Source: Sedimentisphaerales bacterium
GTDB taxonomy: Bacteria; Planctomycetota; Phycisphaerae; Sedimentisphaerales; SM23-30
NCBI GenBank assembly: GCA_963663805.2
Contig: CAXXMR010000008.1
Location: 1 to 64,000, forward strand
Direction: 5' to 3'
DNA: 64,000 nucleotides
Position numbers and translations under genes: made by a program
The notes under the pieces: model-generated
Database searches by the model: none
Told to the model about the DNA's origin: nothing
Seen by the model: the letters and a program-made list of their open reading frames with translations, nothing else
Part shown: piece after piece, positions 32,701 to 42,408 of the stretch
How the letters are laid out: each line of letters starts with the position of its first letter
Position numbering within the stretch: position 1 is the first letter of the stretch

Positions 32701-35267
32701 ATATAAATGGCGACGGTACATTCAGTTACAAACCAGACGCCAACTATGGCGGTACCGATAGCTTCACCTATACTGTCACCGACGGCAATGGTGGAGCCAG
32801 CACCGCGACAGTGAAAATCAGCGTTACCAATACTAATGACGCCCCCGTCGCCGGCAATGATTCTATCTCTGTCAGCGAGGACAGCAGCGTAACTACTGGT
32901 AATCTGCTCGCTAACGACACCGATATCGACGGCGATACCCTGGAAGTCGAAGCCGTCACCAACCCCGCCCACGGTGCGGTAAAATATAATGGCGACAGCA
33001 CTTTTACCTATACGCCCGACGCGGATTATAACGGCACCGACACCTTCACCTATAGCGTTTCCGATAGCAAAGGCGGCATGAGTGCCGCGACGGTAAATGT
33101 CAATGTTGAAAGCGTCAATGACGGCCCGACCGCTACGAATGATTCTATCTCCACTAGCGAGGATAACAGCGTAACCACCGGTAATCTGCTCGCCAACGAT
33201 TTTGACATCGACGGCGATGCGCTGGAAGTCGAAGCTGTCAGCAGCCCCGACCACGGATTGGTAACCTATAATGGTGACGGAGCCTTTACCTATACGCCCG
33301 ATGCGGATTATGTCGGCAATGATAGTTTCACCTATTCCATTTCCGACAGCAGAGGCGGCATGAGTACCGCGACAGTAAACATCTCTGTTGGCGGCACCAA
33401 CGATGTCCCGATCCTCAACGCCGATTCCTATACCGCCCACGAAGACGGAACGTTCACCACCGGTAATGTACTGGCTAACGACACCGATGCCGACGGCGAT
33501 ACCCTCACTGTCGCCGACTTCAGCCAGCCCACCCACGGTACTATCAGCTATAATGGCGATGGAACTTTCACTTATACGCCCGATGCCGACTATAACGGCA
33601 CCGACAGCTTCAGCTATACTGTGGATGACGGCAATGGCGGCACGAATACCGCGACCGTTAATCTTACCGTAACCGGTACCAACGATGGACCTGTCGCTGG
33701 CAACGATACTGTCAACACTAGAGAGGACGGCACGGTCACTACCGGTAATGTATTAGCCAATGATACCGATACCGACGGAGATGTATTGACTGTCGGTGGA
33801 TACACTCAGCCCACCCACGGCTCGGTCAACTATAACGACGATGGCACATTCACCTATACACCCGATGCCAACTATAACGGAACTGACACTTTCAGCTATA
33901 CCGTAAATGACGGCAATGGCGGAACCAATGTCGCCACCGTAACCGTAAATGTCGAAGCCGCCAACGATGCCCCCACTATTGACGATGCGTTGAGAACCAG
34001 CATGGAAGCTGGCGGCTCACTCAATATAGACAGCAGTGGTATCCTCGCAACCTTCAGCGATGCCGACGGCGACACCCTTACCATAAGCGACTACACTCAG
34101 GCCGACCACGGCACGGTAACCCATAACAGCGACGGTACTTTCACTTATACACCAGACGAAGGATTCACCGGCCGCGATGCCTTTAATGTATTCGTCCAGG
34201 ACGGCCACGGCGGCCAAACCGTCAACGCCGTTGTAGTAGATGTCGAGGCACCGGATACCATTACCCCATCCGTAACTCCCGCACCGACTCCCGCACCGGT
34301 AGACGTAGTCGAACCCGAACCGACTCCCGCACCTGTAGACGTAGTCGAAATCGAACCGACTCCCGCACCTGTAGACGTAGTCGAAATCGAACCGACTCCC
34401 GCACCGGTAGACGTAGTCGAACCCGAACCGACACCCGCACCGGTAGACGTAGTTGAACCCGAACCGACACCCGCACCTGTAGACGTAGTCGAACCCGAAC
34501 CGACTCCCGCACCGGTAGACGTAGTCGAACCCGAACTGACTCCCGCACCGGTAGACGTAGTCGAAATCGAACCCACCCCTGAACCGGTAGACGTAGTAGA
34601 AACCGAACCCGTTTCGGACCCGGTAGAAGTAACCGAAACCGAGCCAGTGAATGAGCCGGCAGCAACTACCCCGACGGAAATCCCTCAGCCGGTGTCCGAT
34701 AACGACCCGGTCGAACAGCCCGTCGCGGATAATGATAACATAACCAACGACGAACCTGTAGTCGTAGCGGGCCCAGTACCAGCCGACGGTTCGTCCGATA
34801 ATCCGGTTGACACCGAAGGTGTGGACTTCGATTACCGCGGCGAAGTGGAAATCGGCCTGCCCGAAACCATCAGCACCGACTGGATCGTCGATGTCCCCAA
34901 CATCCCCAACGTTGACGCTCAGGATGTCCAGGAAGTTGCCGGCAGCTATATGACCACCGAAGACAGCCTCGGCGAACTGCTCGAACGAGAACTAGACCTG
35001 CCCGCGGAAATCGCTAACAGCAGTTTCGAGGACATTTATTCCGAAGTACCTCTCGACGACCAGCCTGACGCGTCCTATAACTATGACACGCCGGTAGTCC
35101 AAGATGCCGAACACGAAGTACTCACCGCTGCTGCCGCCCCGGAAAATTCCGGCATAATCAGCGAAGGCAGAGCTTACCTCGCCGGCCTTTGGGGGCTTCT
35201 GCGTAACGCCGCCGGTGTTAGCAGCCGTGTCGATGAAAGAGCCGAAGATAACAAAGAACAGCGGTAA
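29737..35267 (+). CDS. Giant secreted adhesin-like protein: LEPR-XLL leader, RTX-like Ca-binding repeats, ~7 Ig/cadherin-like (tandem-95) repeats, Pro/Thr/Glu linker; many frameshifts
   Basis: ALEPRIMLSA; GGxGxD nonapeptides; repeated N-D-x-P-x-A-x-x-D...GNLLAND-D-DGD-L...GTFTYTPDA-YNG-D-F-Y. Fragments 29737..29940, 29879..31129, 31287..31814, 31702..31983, 32036..32350, 32405..32761 and 32811..35267 are colinear. Confidence 0.85.
30390..32000 (+). repeat. About five near-identical 318-bp (106-aa) RTX-containing coding repeats
   Basis: ggtaccggcacggaaat recurs at 30509, 30830, 31149, 31470 and 31789. Confidence 0.9.
34287..34646 (+). repeat. 36-bp coding tandem repeat (TPAPVDVVE[P/I]EP x 9-10)
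   Basis: Unit actcccgcaccggtagacgtagtcgaacccgaaccg, in frame within ORF 32811..35267. Confidence 0.93.
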
Positions 35268-35291
35268 AAATAACATTATTGTAAGATTACC

Positions 35292-35328
35292 AAGGGCCGT
35301 TCCGATAATTCCGGGACGGCCTTTTTTT
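35292..35328 (+). terminator. Rho-independent terminator after the adhesin gene
   Basis: aagggccgttccg-ataattc-cgggacggccttt running into a T tract. Confidence 0.85.
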
Positions 35329-35440
35329 GTTAGTGGATTGTTAGACGCAATTATCTGCCCAATATGGATTTGTGCTAAATTTAAGCCCCTCACGCTCCGA
35401 TATAATATTTAGCCCGGAGTACGACCGGACACAAATATGA

Positions 35441-35881
35441 TTGGAGAACCAGATGAGTAGCGACCCTGACAAATTCATTCAGCTTGACGACGAGCAGTTG
35501 GATTTCGATGCCTTGCAGGACCTCGAACAGCAGACCACCGAGGAAATCAGAAAAAAACGCAAGCACGAACGCAAATCCGTCAAGGCCCAGGTAACCTTGC
35601 AGCCCGGAAATTCCAGCGACCTGCTCAAATACAAAATCCGCGGAATAATCGGCGACATCTCCGAAGGAGGCTGTGGTGCCATGTTCCCCATCCCCATCGG
35701 TGTGGGCGACATCTTCAGACTCACCCTCGACCGCAACGATATGGAATTGCCACTCGTGTTCGCACGTTGCCGCCGTTGTCGTTTGATTCGTGAAGATGCC
35801 TACGAAGCAGGATTTTCATTTTTTACTCCAATCAAACTTCCCGTCGCCAGCGTTCAGGAAGTCAGCGGGGATTTGCTGTAA
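35441..35881 (+). CDS. Stand-alone PilZ domain protein
   Basis: KRKHERK (RxxxR), DISEGG (DxSxxG), C-terminal EAGFSF. Confidence 0.9.
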   Translation: MENQMSSDPDKFIQLDDEQLDFDALQDLEQQTTEEIRKKRKHERKSVKAQVTLQPGNSSDLLKYKIRGIIGDISEGGCGAMFPIPIGVGDIFRLTLDRNDMELPLVFARCRRCRLIREDAYEAGFSFFTPIKLPVASVQEVSGDLL

Positions 35882-35903
35882 TTTTTAAGAGGCACGAGAA
35901 AAC

Positions 35904-37787
35904 TTGACTTCGCAATCAAAAAACAAAACAAACCTGCCTTCTCAGTTTGAGGATGTTTCCCAGGCCTATCGCCAGATAGCAAAGCTGGCCTACGCCGCCA
36001 CATCGCGTCACGCTTTCTTCCATGACGCTATGATTTGTGTCGGACGTCTGTTCACCAGCCCCTACACCATGCTCTACGCCGGCGTCGATTCCGAGGTCTT
36101 CGATGATTACTATCATGAAGGCACCGGCGACCCCGCCTTCTGGAAACCCGTAGTGCAGGAAAGTCTAAACGACCTGCTCGCCGACGGCCAAAGCAACCTG
36201 CGATTCTTCAGCAGCAGGAACCCCAATCAGGCAACTTCACTCGCGGTAATGTCCGCGGTAGTATACCGCAGCAGCGGCGCCAGCGTCGGCGGTATGGTCG
36301 TCGTCACTCCCTGTGCCAACCGCGAACAAGCCGATATGCAGCACAAGCTGCTCGAATCAATAGTAAACCTTATCAGCTGCTGTAGTGACCTCAGCGAAGC
36401 ACAGCTTGCTCAGGGAAATGACAAGCTCGAAGCCTGCAAAAGACTCAGCCAGGCCGCCAACTACGCTACCCGTCAGGAACTAGCTTTCGCCGTCACCAAC
36501 AATTTGCGTAACCGCACCGGCTGTGAACAGGTGGCTTTCGGCCATGTTAAAAAGGGACAGGTCGATATACTCTCAGTCTCCGGACTCGACGAACTCCGCA
36601 AACGCGGCGCCGGAATGCTCAAAATCCGCGACGCCATGGAAGAATGTCTCGACCTCGACATCCCCCTGGTCTATCAGAAGACAGATAAAAAAAATGATGA
36701 ATCGGCCCCCAGAGAATACCGCCTCCATCGTCAGTGGCACGAAGCAGCCAATCACGCCGCCGTCGCCTCCATACCCCTGCACGGGCCCCACGGATGTACC
36801 GCGGTACTAAGCCTCAAACGCCACGCTTCCCAGCCCTTCAAGCCCGAAGAAATCGACGAAATTCGCACACTCACCGAACCCTATACCGCCGTCTTCGGAG
36901 TAATCGAAAAAGCTAACCGCAATATCATCGAACACCTAACCGACTCACTCCGCAACGGCTGGCTCGCCGCCATACAGCCCGACCGCTGGCTCCGAAAAGT
37001 CGTTGTCGCTACCATAATCTTAATCACAACCTGGTTCTGCCTCGGCAGCATGAATTATAACATAACTGTTTCCGGTCGAATCACCCCCCGCCAGGTCCGC
37101 CACATCGCTGCACCCTTTACCGGCACACTCGCCGAATCATTCGTCACCAAAGGCGATACGGTAAAAACCGGGGACATTCTCTGCCGACTCGATACCCGCG
37201 ACCTCACGCTCATGGAACGAGAAAAACTCACTGCCCAGCTCAAAATCGCTCAAATCGAACAACGCCACGCCCAGGGAAACAGCAAAAACGTCGAAGCCGA
37301 ACTGGCCCAGGCCAATCTCGACCTCATCCAGGCCAAACTCGACATCCTCGACCGCATGATTGAACAAGCCACCCTAAAAGCACCTTTCGACGGAGTGGTC
37401 GTCGAGGGAGACCTCAGAAAACGCACCGGCGAAGTCCTGCCCCAAAGCGAACCACTTTTCCAAATAGCCGCCCAAAACAACTGGATACTCGAACTTGATG
37501 TGCCCGAAAATCTTGCCGCCGACATCGAATCCGACCTCACCGGATGCTTCATTAGCAACGCCCGTCCCGGAATAAATCACGATATTCGTATCGAAACCAT
37601 CAGCCCCGGCCCGGAATTACGCCACAACCGCAATGTTTACGTCGCCGAAGCAGATGTCGATTTCGACCACCAATGGGTTAAATCCGGCATGGAAGGCGTC
37701 GCCAAAGTTACCGTAGGCCGAAGACGAGTCTGTTGGGTCGTCCTGCACAAAATCATTGACTACTTACATCTGAAATTCTGGTTATGA
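35904..37787 (+). CDS. GAF-like domain(s) fused to HlyD/membrane-fusion adaptor
   Basis: N-terminal GAF-like region (AMEECLD...SIPLHG...AVLSL), one TM, lipoyl half-motifs IAAPFTGTL...V-KGD-V--GD-L and LKAPFDGVV flanking a coiled coil. Confidence 0.82.
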   Translation: MTSQSKNKTNLPSQFEDVSQAYRQIAKLAYAATSRHAFFHDAMICVGRLFTSPYTMLYAGVDSEVFDDYYHEGTGDPAFWKPVVQESLNDLLADGQSNLRFFSSRNPNQATSLAVMSAVVYRSSGASVGGMVVVTPCANREQADMQHKLLESIVNLISCCSDLSEAQLAQGNDKLEACKRLSQAANYATRQELAFAVTNNLRNRTGCEQVAFGHVKKGQVDILSVSGLDELRKRGAGMLKIRDAMEECLDLDIPLVYQKTDKKNDESAPREYRLHRQWHEAANHAAVASIPLHGPHGCTAVLSLKRHASQPFKPEEIDEIRTLTEPYTAVFGVIEKANRNIIEHLTDSLRNGWLAAIQPDRWLRKVVVATIILITTWFCLGSMNYNITVSGRITPRQVRHIAAPFTGTLAESFVTKGDTVKTGDILCRLDTRDLTLMEREKLTAQLKIAQIEQRHAQGNSKNVEAELAQANLDLIQAKLDILDRMIEQATLKAPFDGVVVEGDLRKRTGEVLPQSEPLFQIAAQNNWILELDVPENLAADIESDLTGCFISNARPGINHDIRIETISPGPELRHNRNVYVAEADVDFDHQWVKSGMEGVAKVTVGRRRVCWVVLHKIIDYLHLKFWL

Positions 37788-39955
37788 GCCAAGCACCACC
37801 CGAACAACCAAACGCCCAACCTAAACCAGAGCTGGCCCAAAGACTCGGTGCCGCACACGTCGGACTGCGCGAAGACCTCGAAGTCAACCGACACCTCTCG
37901 AACGGCCAGCCATATTACGTAATCCGAGACCCGCTTACCCTAAAGTGCAACCAGCTCAATCAGAAAGACTACCAGATACTGACCCACATCACCATAAGCC
38001 AGACACTCGCCGAAGTCTTCGAAACCCTGGTCAAAGACGGAATACTAAAACCATCCGAAGAAAACGGATTCTATCGTTTCGTCGTTATGCTACACCAGCT
38101 CGCTTTCCTCAACCTGCCCATCTCAGACGACAAAACATTATACAAACGTTATCGGGCGCGGCAGCGGGCAAGACTACAGGAAAAACTGCTCGGTTTCCTG
38201 TTCCTGCGCATACCGCTGTTCGACCCCGATATGTTCCTCGACAAAACCGTAAACCTCGTACGCTGGCTCTATTCAACTTGGTTTTTCTTTGTATGGGTGT
38301 CACTTATTATCGCCGGAACATCTATCGCCGTAATCAAAAGCGAAGAACTCTTCCAGCCCCTCAGCCAGATGTTCAACGCCCAGAATATGCTCATACTCTG
38401 GTTCACCCTAATCCTGCTCAAACTCTTCCACGAGTTCGGCCACGCCTACGCCTGCAAAGTCTTCGGCGGACAGGTTCCCGAAATGGGCATCTTCCTCATT
38501 GTAATGACTCCCTGCGCCTACGTAGACGTTACCAGCTCCTGGGGATTCACCCGTAAATGGCATCGCATCGTCGTTGGCATGGGCGGGATGTACATCGAAT
38601 CAATCGTCGCCGTTATCGCTTTGATGGTCTGGTCGCTCAGCACCGGCTCAGCCGCCAAACAAATCGCCCATAACGTCTTCTTCCTCGCCAGCGTCGCCAC
38701 CGTCGTCATGAACATCAACCCGCTCATGCGCTTCGACGGCTATTATATTATCAGCGACATACTCGAAATCCCCAACCTCCGCCAGCGCTCCCAACGCTAT
38801 GTCCTCCAAACGCTCAAAAAATTATTCCTCGGGGTACCTATCCCCGGTCGACCCATCAGCAAAAAACTTGCCGTAATACTTTTCGTGTTCGGCATCGCTG
38901 CCTCAGCCTATCGCGCCACCGTAATACTATCCATCGCCACGGTCATCGCCATGAAGGCCTTTATCGTCGGCATAGGACTGGCCGCGTTCTACATCTTAAA
39001 AGAACTCGTCCGCACCGTCCGCAACCTGACAAACTATCTCTGGAAAGCCCAGGAATGTGCCCACGTTCGCACCCGAGCCGTCGCCCTGAGTATTATATTG
39101 CTGACTATCATCCCCGCCGCGTTTTTTACCGTCCCCGTCCCTAACTCACTGCACCTGCTCGGACAGTTAGCACGGGAAAATGAACATGTAATCCACGCCC
39201 GCCAGGATGGCTTCGTTCAGGAAGTCTTCGCCCGGCCCGGCCAAAACGTGCAACCCCAACAGACCCTGCTAAAACTTGAAAACTTCAATGTCTCAGGCCA
39301 GTATTACGAAACCCAGGCTGGCGTTCGCAAAGCAGACCTCGAACTCGCCGCCGCACCCTGGCAAAGCAGTAACCAGTCATTAAAAAAACAAAGACAGGCA
39401 GCAGCCCAGGCCGTCCATACCGAAATGACTGTCCGTAAACAAAACCTCGACCATCTCGAAATTAAACCCGAAACCGCCGGCCAACTCGTCATGAGCCTCG
39501 ACCAACGCGATACCGGACGATACGTCAAACGCGGCACACCCCTGGCGACAGTCGTTTCAGGTCATTGGGTCGTCAAAACACTCGCCAGCGAACAGGACAT
39601 CACCAACGCCCAAAGCTATCTTGGACAATCCGCACAGTTCAGACTAACCGCCCAGCCCGAAATATCTTTAACCGGCACTATCGTAAAAATCTCACCCCAG
39701 GCCCAGAAAGAAATCAACCTGCCCGCCCTCACCACACTGGGCCAGGGAGAAATCGCCATCGACCCCCACACCAAACAACTCGCTACCCCCTACTACGAAA
39801 TAACCATCCAGCTGGACAACCTCGAAAAACACGACCCCAAAAATTTCCGCTACGGTATGACCGGCAACGTAAAACTAACTGCCCCCACCCGCCCCCTCGG
39901 TATCGCCCTGACCCACAAAGTAAAAAGATTCCTGAACGAACTCAACCGAGAGTAA
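37784..39955 (+). CDS. M50 (site-2) metalloprotease fused to HlyD/biotin-lipoyl adaptor
   Basis: HEFGH and NINPLMRFDGYY with multiple TM helices. C-terminal ARQDGFVQEVFARPGQNV hairpin, coiled coil and GMTG. Confidence 0.85.
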   Translation: MSQAPPEQPNAQPKPELAQRLGAAHVGLREDLEVNRHLSNGQPYYVIRDPLTLKCNQLNQKDYQILTHITISQTLAEVFETLVKDGILKPSEENGFYRFVVMLHQLAFLNLPISDDKTLYKRYRARQRARLQEKLLGFLFLRIPLFDPDMFLDKTVNLVRWLYSTWFFFVWVSLIIAGTSIAVIKSEELFQPLSQMFNAQNMLILWFTLILLKLFHEFGHAYACKVFGGQVPEMGIFLIVMTPCAYVDVTSSWGFTRKWHRIVVGMGGMYIESIVAVIALMVWSLSTGSAAKQIAHNVFFLASVATVVMNINPLMRFDGYYIISDILEIPNLRQRSQRYVLQTLKKLFLGVPIPGRPISKKLAVILFVFGIAASAYRATVILSIATVIAMKAFIVGIGLAAFYILKELVRTVRNLTNYLWKAQECAHVRTRAVALSIILLTIIPAAFFTVPVPNSLHLLGQLARENEHVIHARQDGFVQEVFARPGQNVQPQQTLLKLENFNVSGQYYETQAGVRKADLELAAAPWQSSNQSLKKQRQAAAQAVHTEMTVRKQNLDHLEIKPETAGQLVMSLDQRDTGRYVKRGTPLATVVSGHWVVKTLASEQDITNAQSYLGQSAQFRLTAQPEISLTGTIVKISPQAQKEINLPALTTLGQGEIAIDPHTKQLATPYYEITIQLDNLEKHDPKNFRYGMTGNVKLTAPTRPLGIALTHKVKRFLNELNRE

Positions 39956-40342
39956 AATAACCCCTACCAAAAACCGGAAATTTTTTGAAAAAATCGTCAA
40001 AAATTTAAAAAAACAAAAAAAAATCGTCAAAAACCGGTCGTCCCAGTACAAACCGCGTCGAAAAACCCCATCGCAAACACGACTTTGCCACCGCAATAAC
40101 GCCCCAAACAGGCATATTCACAACCCAAATCCCCACTGCCATGTCCCCAAATACTCTTTTTGACCCCCCAAAATCCCCAATCGCGCTGATTTCGCCCCTC
40201 CAATTTGCGCGTTAAGGAGAAATACACACCCGAAAAAACCGTTTTAAGCCGCCCTCGCGACTATGAAACCACCTTCGCGCTGACAAAAATAAAGACTTAC
40301 GAAGATTTCTCCAACACAAAATAAGCACTTACAGACCAGCAA

Positions 40343-41257
40343 TCATAAAATAATATCAATAATCGCCGCCCCGGAAATTACGATGCTTATAATCCCATTG
40401 ACCACCCCAAACGCCGCCTGTATCCGTTTCAGAGTAGGCTTAAGAACTATAACATGTTCAATGACAAGCAGTAAAGCCACCAGAATCACCGCTGCGTAGT
40501 ATATCACCCCCATTTTCTCGACCAATCCCAGTATCAGCAGCAGCGAAACCGTAAAACTGTGGCAAATCCGCGATATCCACATCGCCCCCGCCCCGCCCAA
40601 CCGAGCTGGCAGCGAAAATAACCCTTCCTGCCTATCGACGTAAATGTCTTGAAGAGCGTAAATTATGTCAAATCCCGCCGTCCAGACCATCACCGCCATA
40701 CCCAGTAAAATCGGAGTCAAAGCCACCAAAGGTTTCATCGGCGGAGCAATCGCCGCCCACGCCCCCAAAGGTGTCAGCATCAACGATGCCCCCAGCCAAA
40801 AATGACACGCCCAGGTAAATCGCTTCGTGTAACTATAGGCCATAACAAAACTTAGAGTCGGAACCGAAAACCACCCCGGATAAGGATTTCCATAACCAAA
40901 CCACCCCGCCCAAGGCCAATTGAACAGTAAGGTAGTAAATATAAATACCGCCCCACAAACAACTAAGAATACCCAGGCCCATTTCCGCGAAAGTTTCCCT
41001 TTCGGCAGAGACCGCTGGGCCGTCCGGGGGTTTCGGCCATCTAACTCATGGTCTGCCAACCGGTTAAACGTCATCGCCAGGCTCCGCCCCGAAACCATAC
41101 ATACTATTATGAGAATAAGCTTCCCCATCCCGAAAAACCCCCCAGCCGCCCAAAATGCCGACATCAAAGCAAATGGCAACGCGAAAATCGTATGAGAAAA
41201 TTTTATCATACATAAAGTTTCCGCCATTTGCCCCAGGATTTTTTTTGTCATAACCAC
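40343..41257 (-). CDS. UbiA-like polyprenyltransferase (MqnP-type)
   Basis: IKFSHTIFALPFA, FNRLADHELDGRNPRT, YSYTKRFT, GFDIIYALQD. Confidence 0.92.
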   Translation of the reverse strand: MVMTKKILGQMAETLCMIKFSHTIFALPFALMSAFWAAGGFFGMGKLILIIVCMVSGRSLAMTFNRLADHELDGRNPRTAQRSLPKGKLSRKWAWVFLVVCGAVFIFTTLLFNWPWAGWFGYGNPYPGWFSVPTLSFVMAYSYTKRFTWACHFWLGASLMLTPLGAWAAIAPPMKPLVALTPILLGMAVMVWTAGFDIIYALQDIYVDRQEGLFSLPARLGGAGAMWISRICHSFTVSLLLILGLVEKMGVIYYAAVILVALLLVIEHVIVLKPTLKRIQAAFGVVNGIISIVISGAAIIDIIL

Positions 41258-41408
41258 CTTCTCGTACCCTTTTTAGCAACTTGTCCGGTTTGTTAGCTCT
41301 TGCGTATTAAACATTTGTAGTTGAAGGCAGGCCGGGCAGGCAATAAAATAATCTTCACTGGTTCAAAATGTCTACTTTGCAGTAGTACTATTGAATAGTG
41401 TGTATTAG

Positions 41409-42329
41409 ATGAAAATCTGGAGTCAGGCGATGAGTTTAGGCAGTAAAGCAGATACGTTCCTGGAGCGTTACAAAAAGATAGTAAAAGCCGTGGAAAACGC
41501 TATCGAGGGCTACCTGGCCCACGATTCCAGCACGCCGGAGCTTTTACAGGAGGCCATGCTTTATAGTTTACGGGCCGGCGGCAAACGGATTCGTCCGGCG
41601 ATGGCAATTATGGCTTGCCAGGCCTGTAAGGGTGACGGCATGAAAGCTATGCCCGCGGCGGCGGCTCTGGAGATGATTCATACTTATTCGCTGATTCACG
41701 ACGACCTGCCTGCTATGGATAACGATGATTTACGGCGGGGTCAGCCTACCAGCCACAAAGTATTTGGGGATGGGATGGCGATTTTAGCCGGGGATGCCTT
41801 GCTGACTTACGCGTTTCATACTCTGGCGTTGTATGTGCAGGATGCCGAACAGGTCAAAAAGCTGACAATCGAACTGGCAGAAGCGGCGGGCGCTCCCGGC
41901 ATGATTGGCGGACAAGTAGCGGATTTACAAAGCGCTACCACGCCGCGAACCCTCGAAAATGTAGATTATATTCACACTCATAAAACCGCGGTCATGTTTC
42001 GGGCCGCGGCCCGGATGGGCGGGATTTGTGCCGATGCTGATAACCATCAGTTGGAATGGCTGGGTGATTATGGTTTGAAGCTGGGTCTGGCGTTTCAGAT
42101 TGCCGATGATTTGTTTGATGTCAACGGCGACGAAACAACCCTGGGCAAGCGGGTGGGCAAAGACGCCGATGCGGGCAAGCTCACCTATCCGGAGGTGCTG
42201 GGCGTGGAAGAATCTCAGGGCAAGGCTGGGGATTTGTTCGTTCGAGCGATTAAAGCCGCTGAGAAGTTCGGGACTGACGGCGAGGTACTCAAACAGTTAG
42301 CGGAGATGGTCAGGCAAAGGAACAGTTGA
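41409..42329 (+). CDS. ispA: Farnesyl/geranylgeranyl diphosphate synthase
   Basis: GGKRIRP, SLIHDDLPAMDNDDLRRG, GGQ, FQIADDLFD; directly upstream of dxs. Confidence 0.92.
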   Translation: MKIWSQAMSLGSKADTFLERYKKIVKAVENAIEGYLAHDSSTPELLQEAMLYSLRAGGKRIRPAMAIMACQACKGDGMKAMPAAAALEMIHTYSLIHDDLPAMDNDDLRRGQPTSHKVFGDGMAILAGDALLTYAFHTLALYVQDAEQVKKLTIELAEAAGAPGMIGGQVADLQSATTPRTLENVDYIHTHKTAVMFRAAARMGGICADADNHQLEWLGDYGLKLGLAFQIADDLFDVNGDETTLGKRVGKDADAGKLTYPEVLGVEESQGKAGDLFVRAIKAAEKFGTDGEVLKQLAEMVRQRNS

Positions 42330-42408
42330 GACAATTCAATAAAAGGGGGACAGGAATATTAATCAAGGATACATACTGTCCGATTTGTCGGACGGAAGCT
42401 GATATTAC

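Noticed and set aside
34287..34646. 36-bp repeat as a CRISPR or guide array
   Set aside because: No spacers; it is an in-frame Pro/Thr/Glu linker.
39960..40340. Intergenic repeat aaaaaatcgtcaaaaa x2 (39988, 40018) and A-tracts
   Set aside because: Low complexity within a C/A-skewed convergent spacer; no supportable function.
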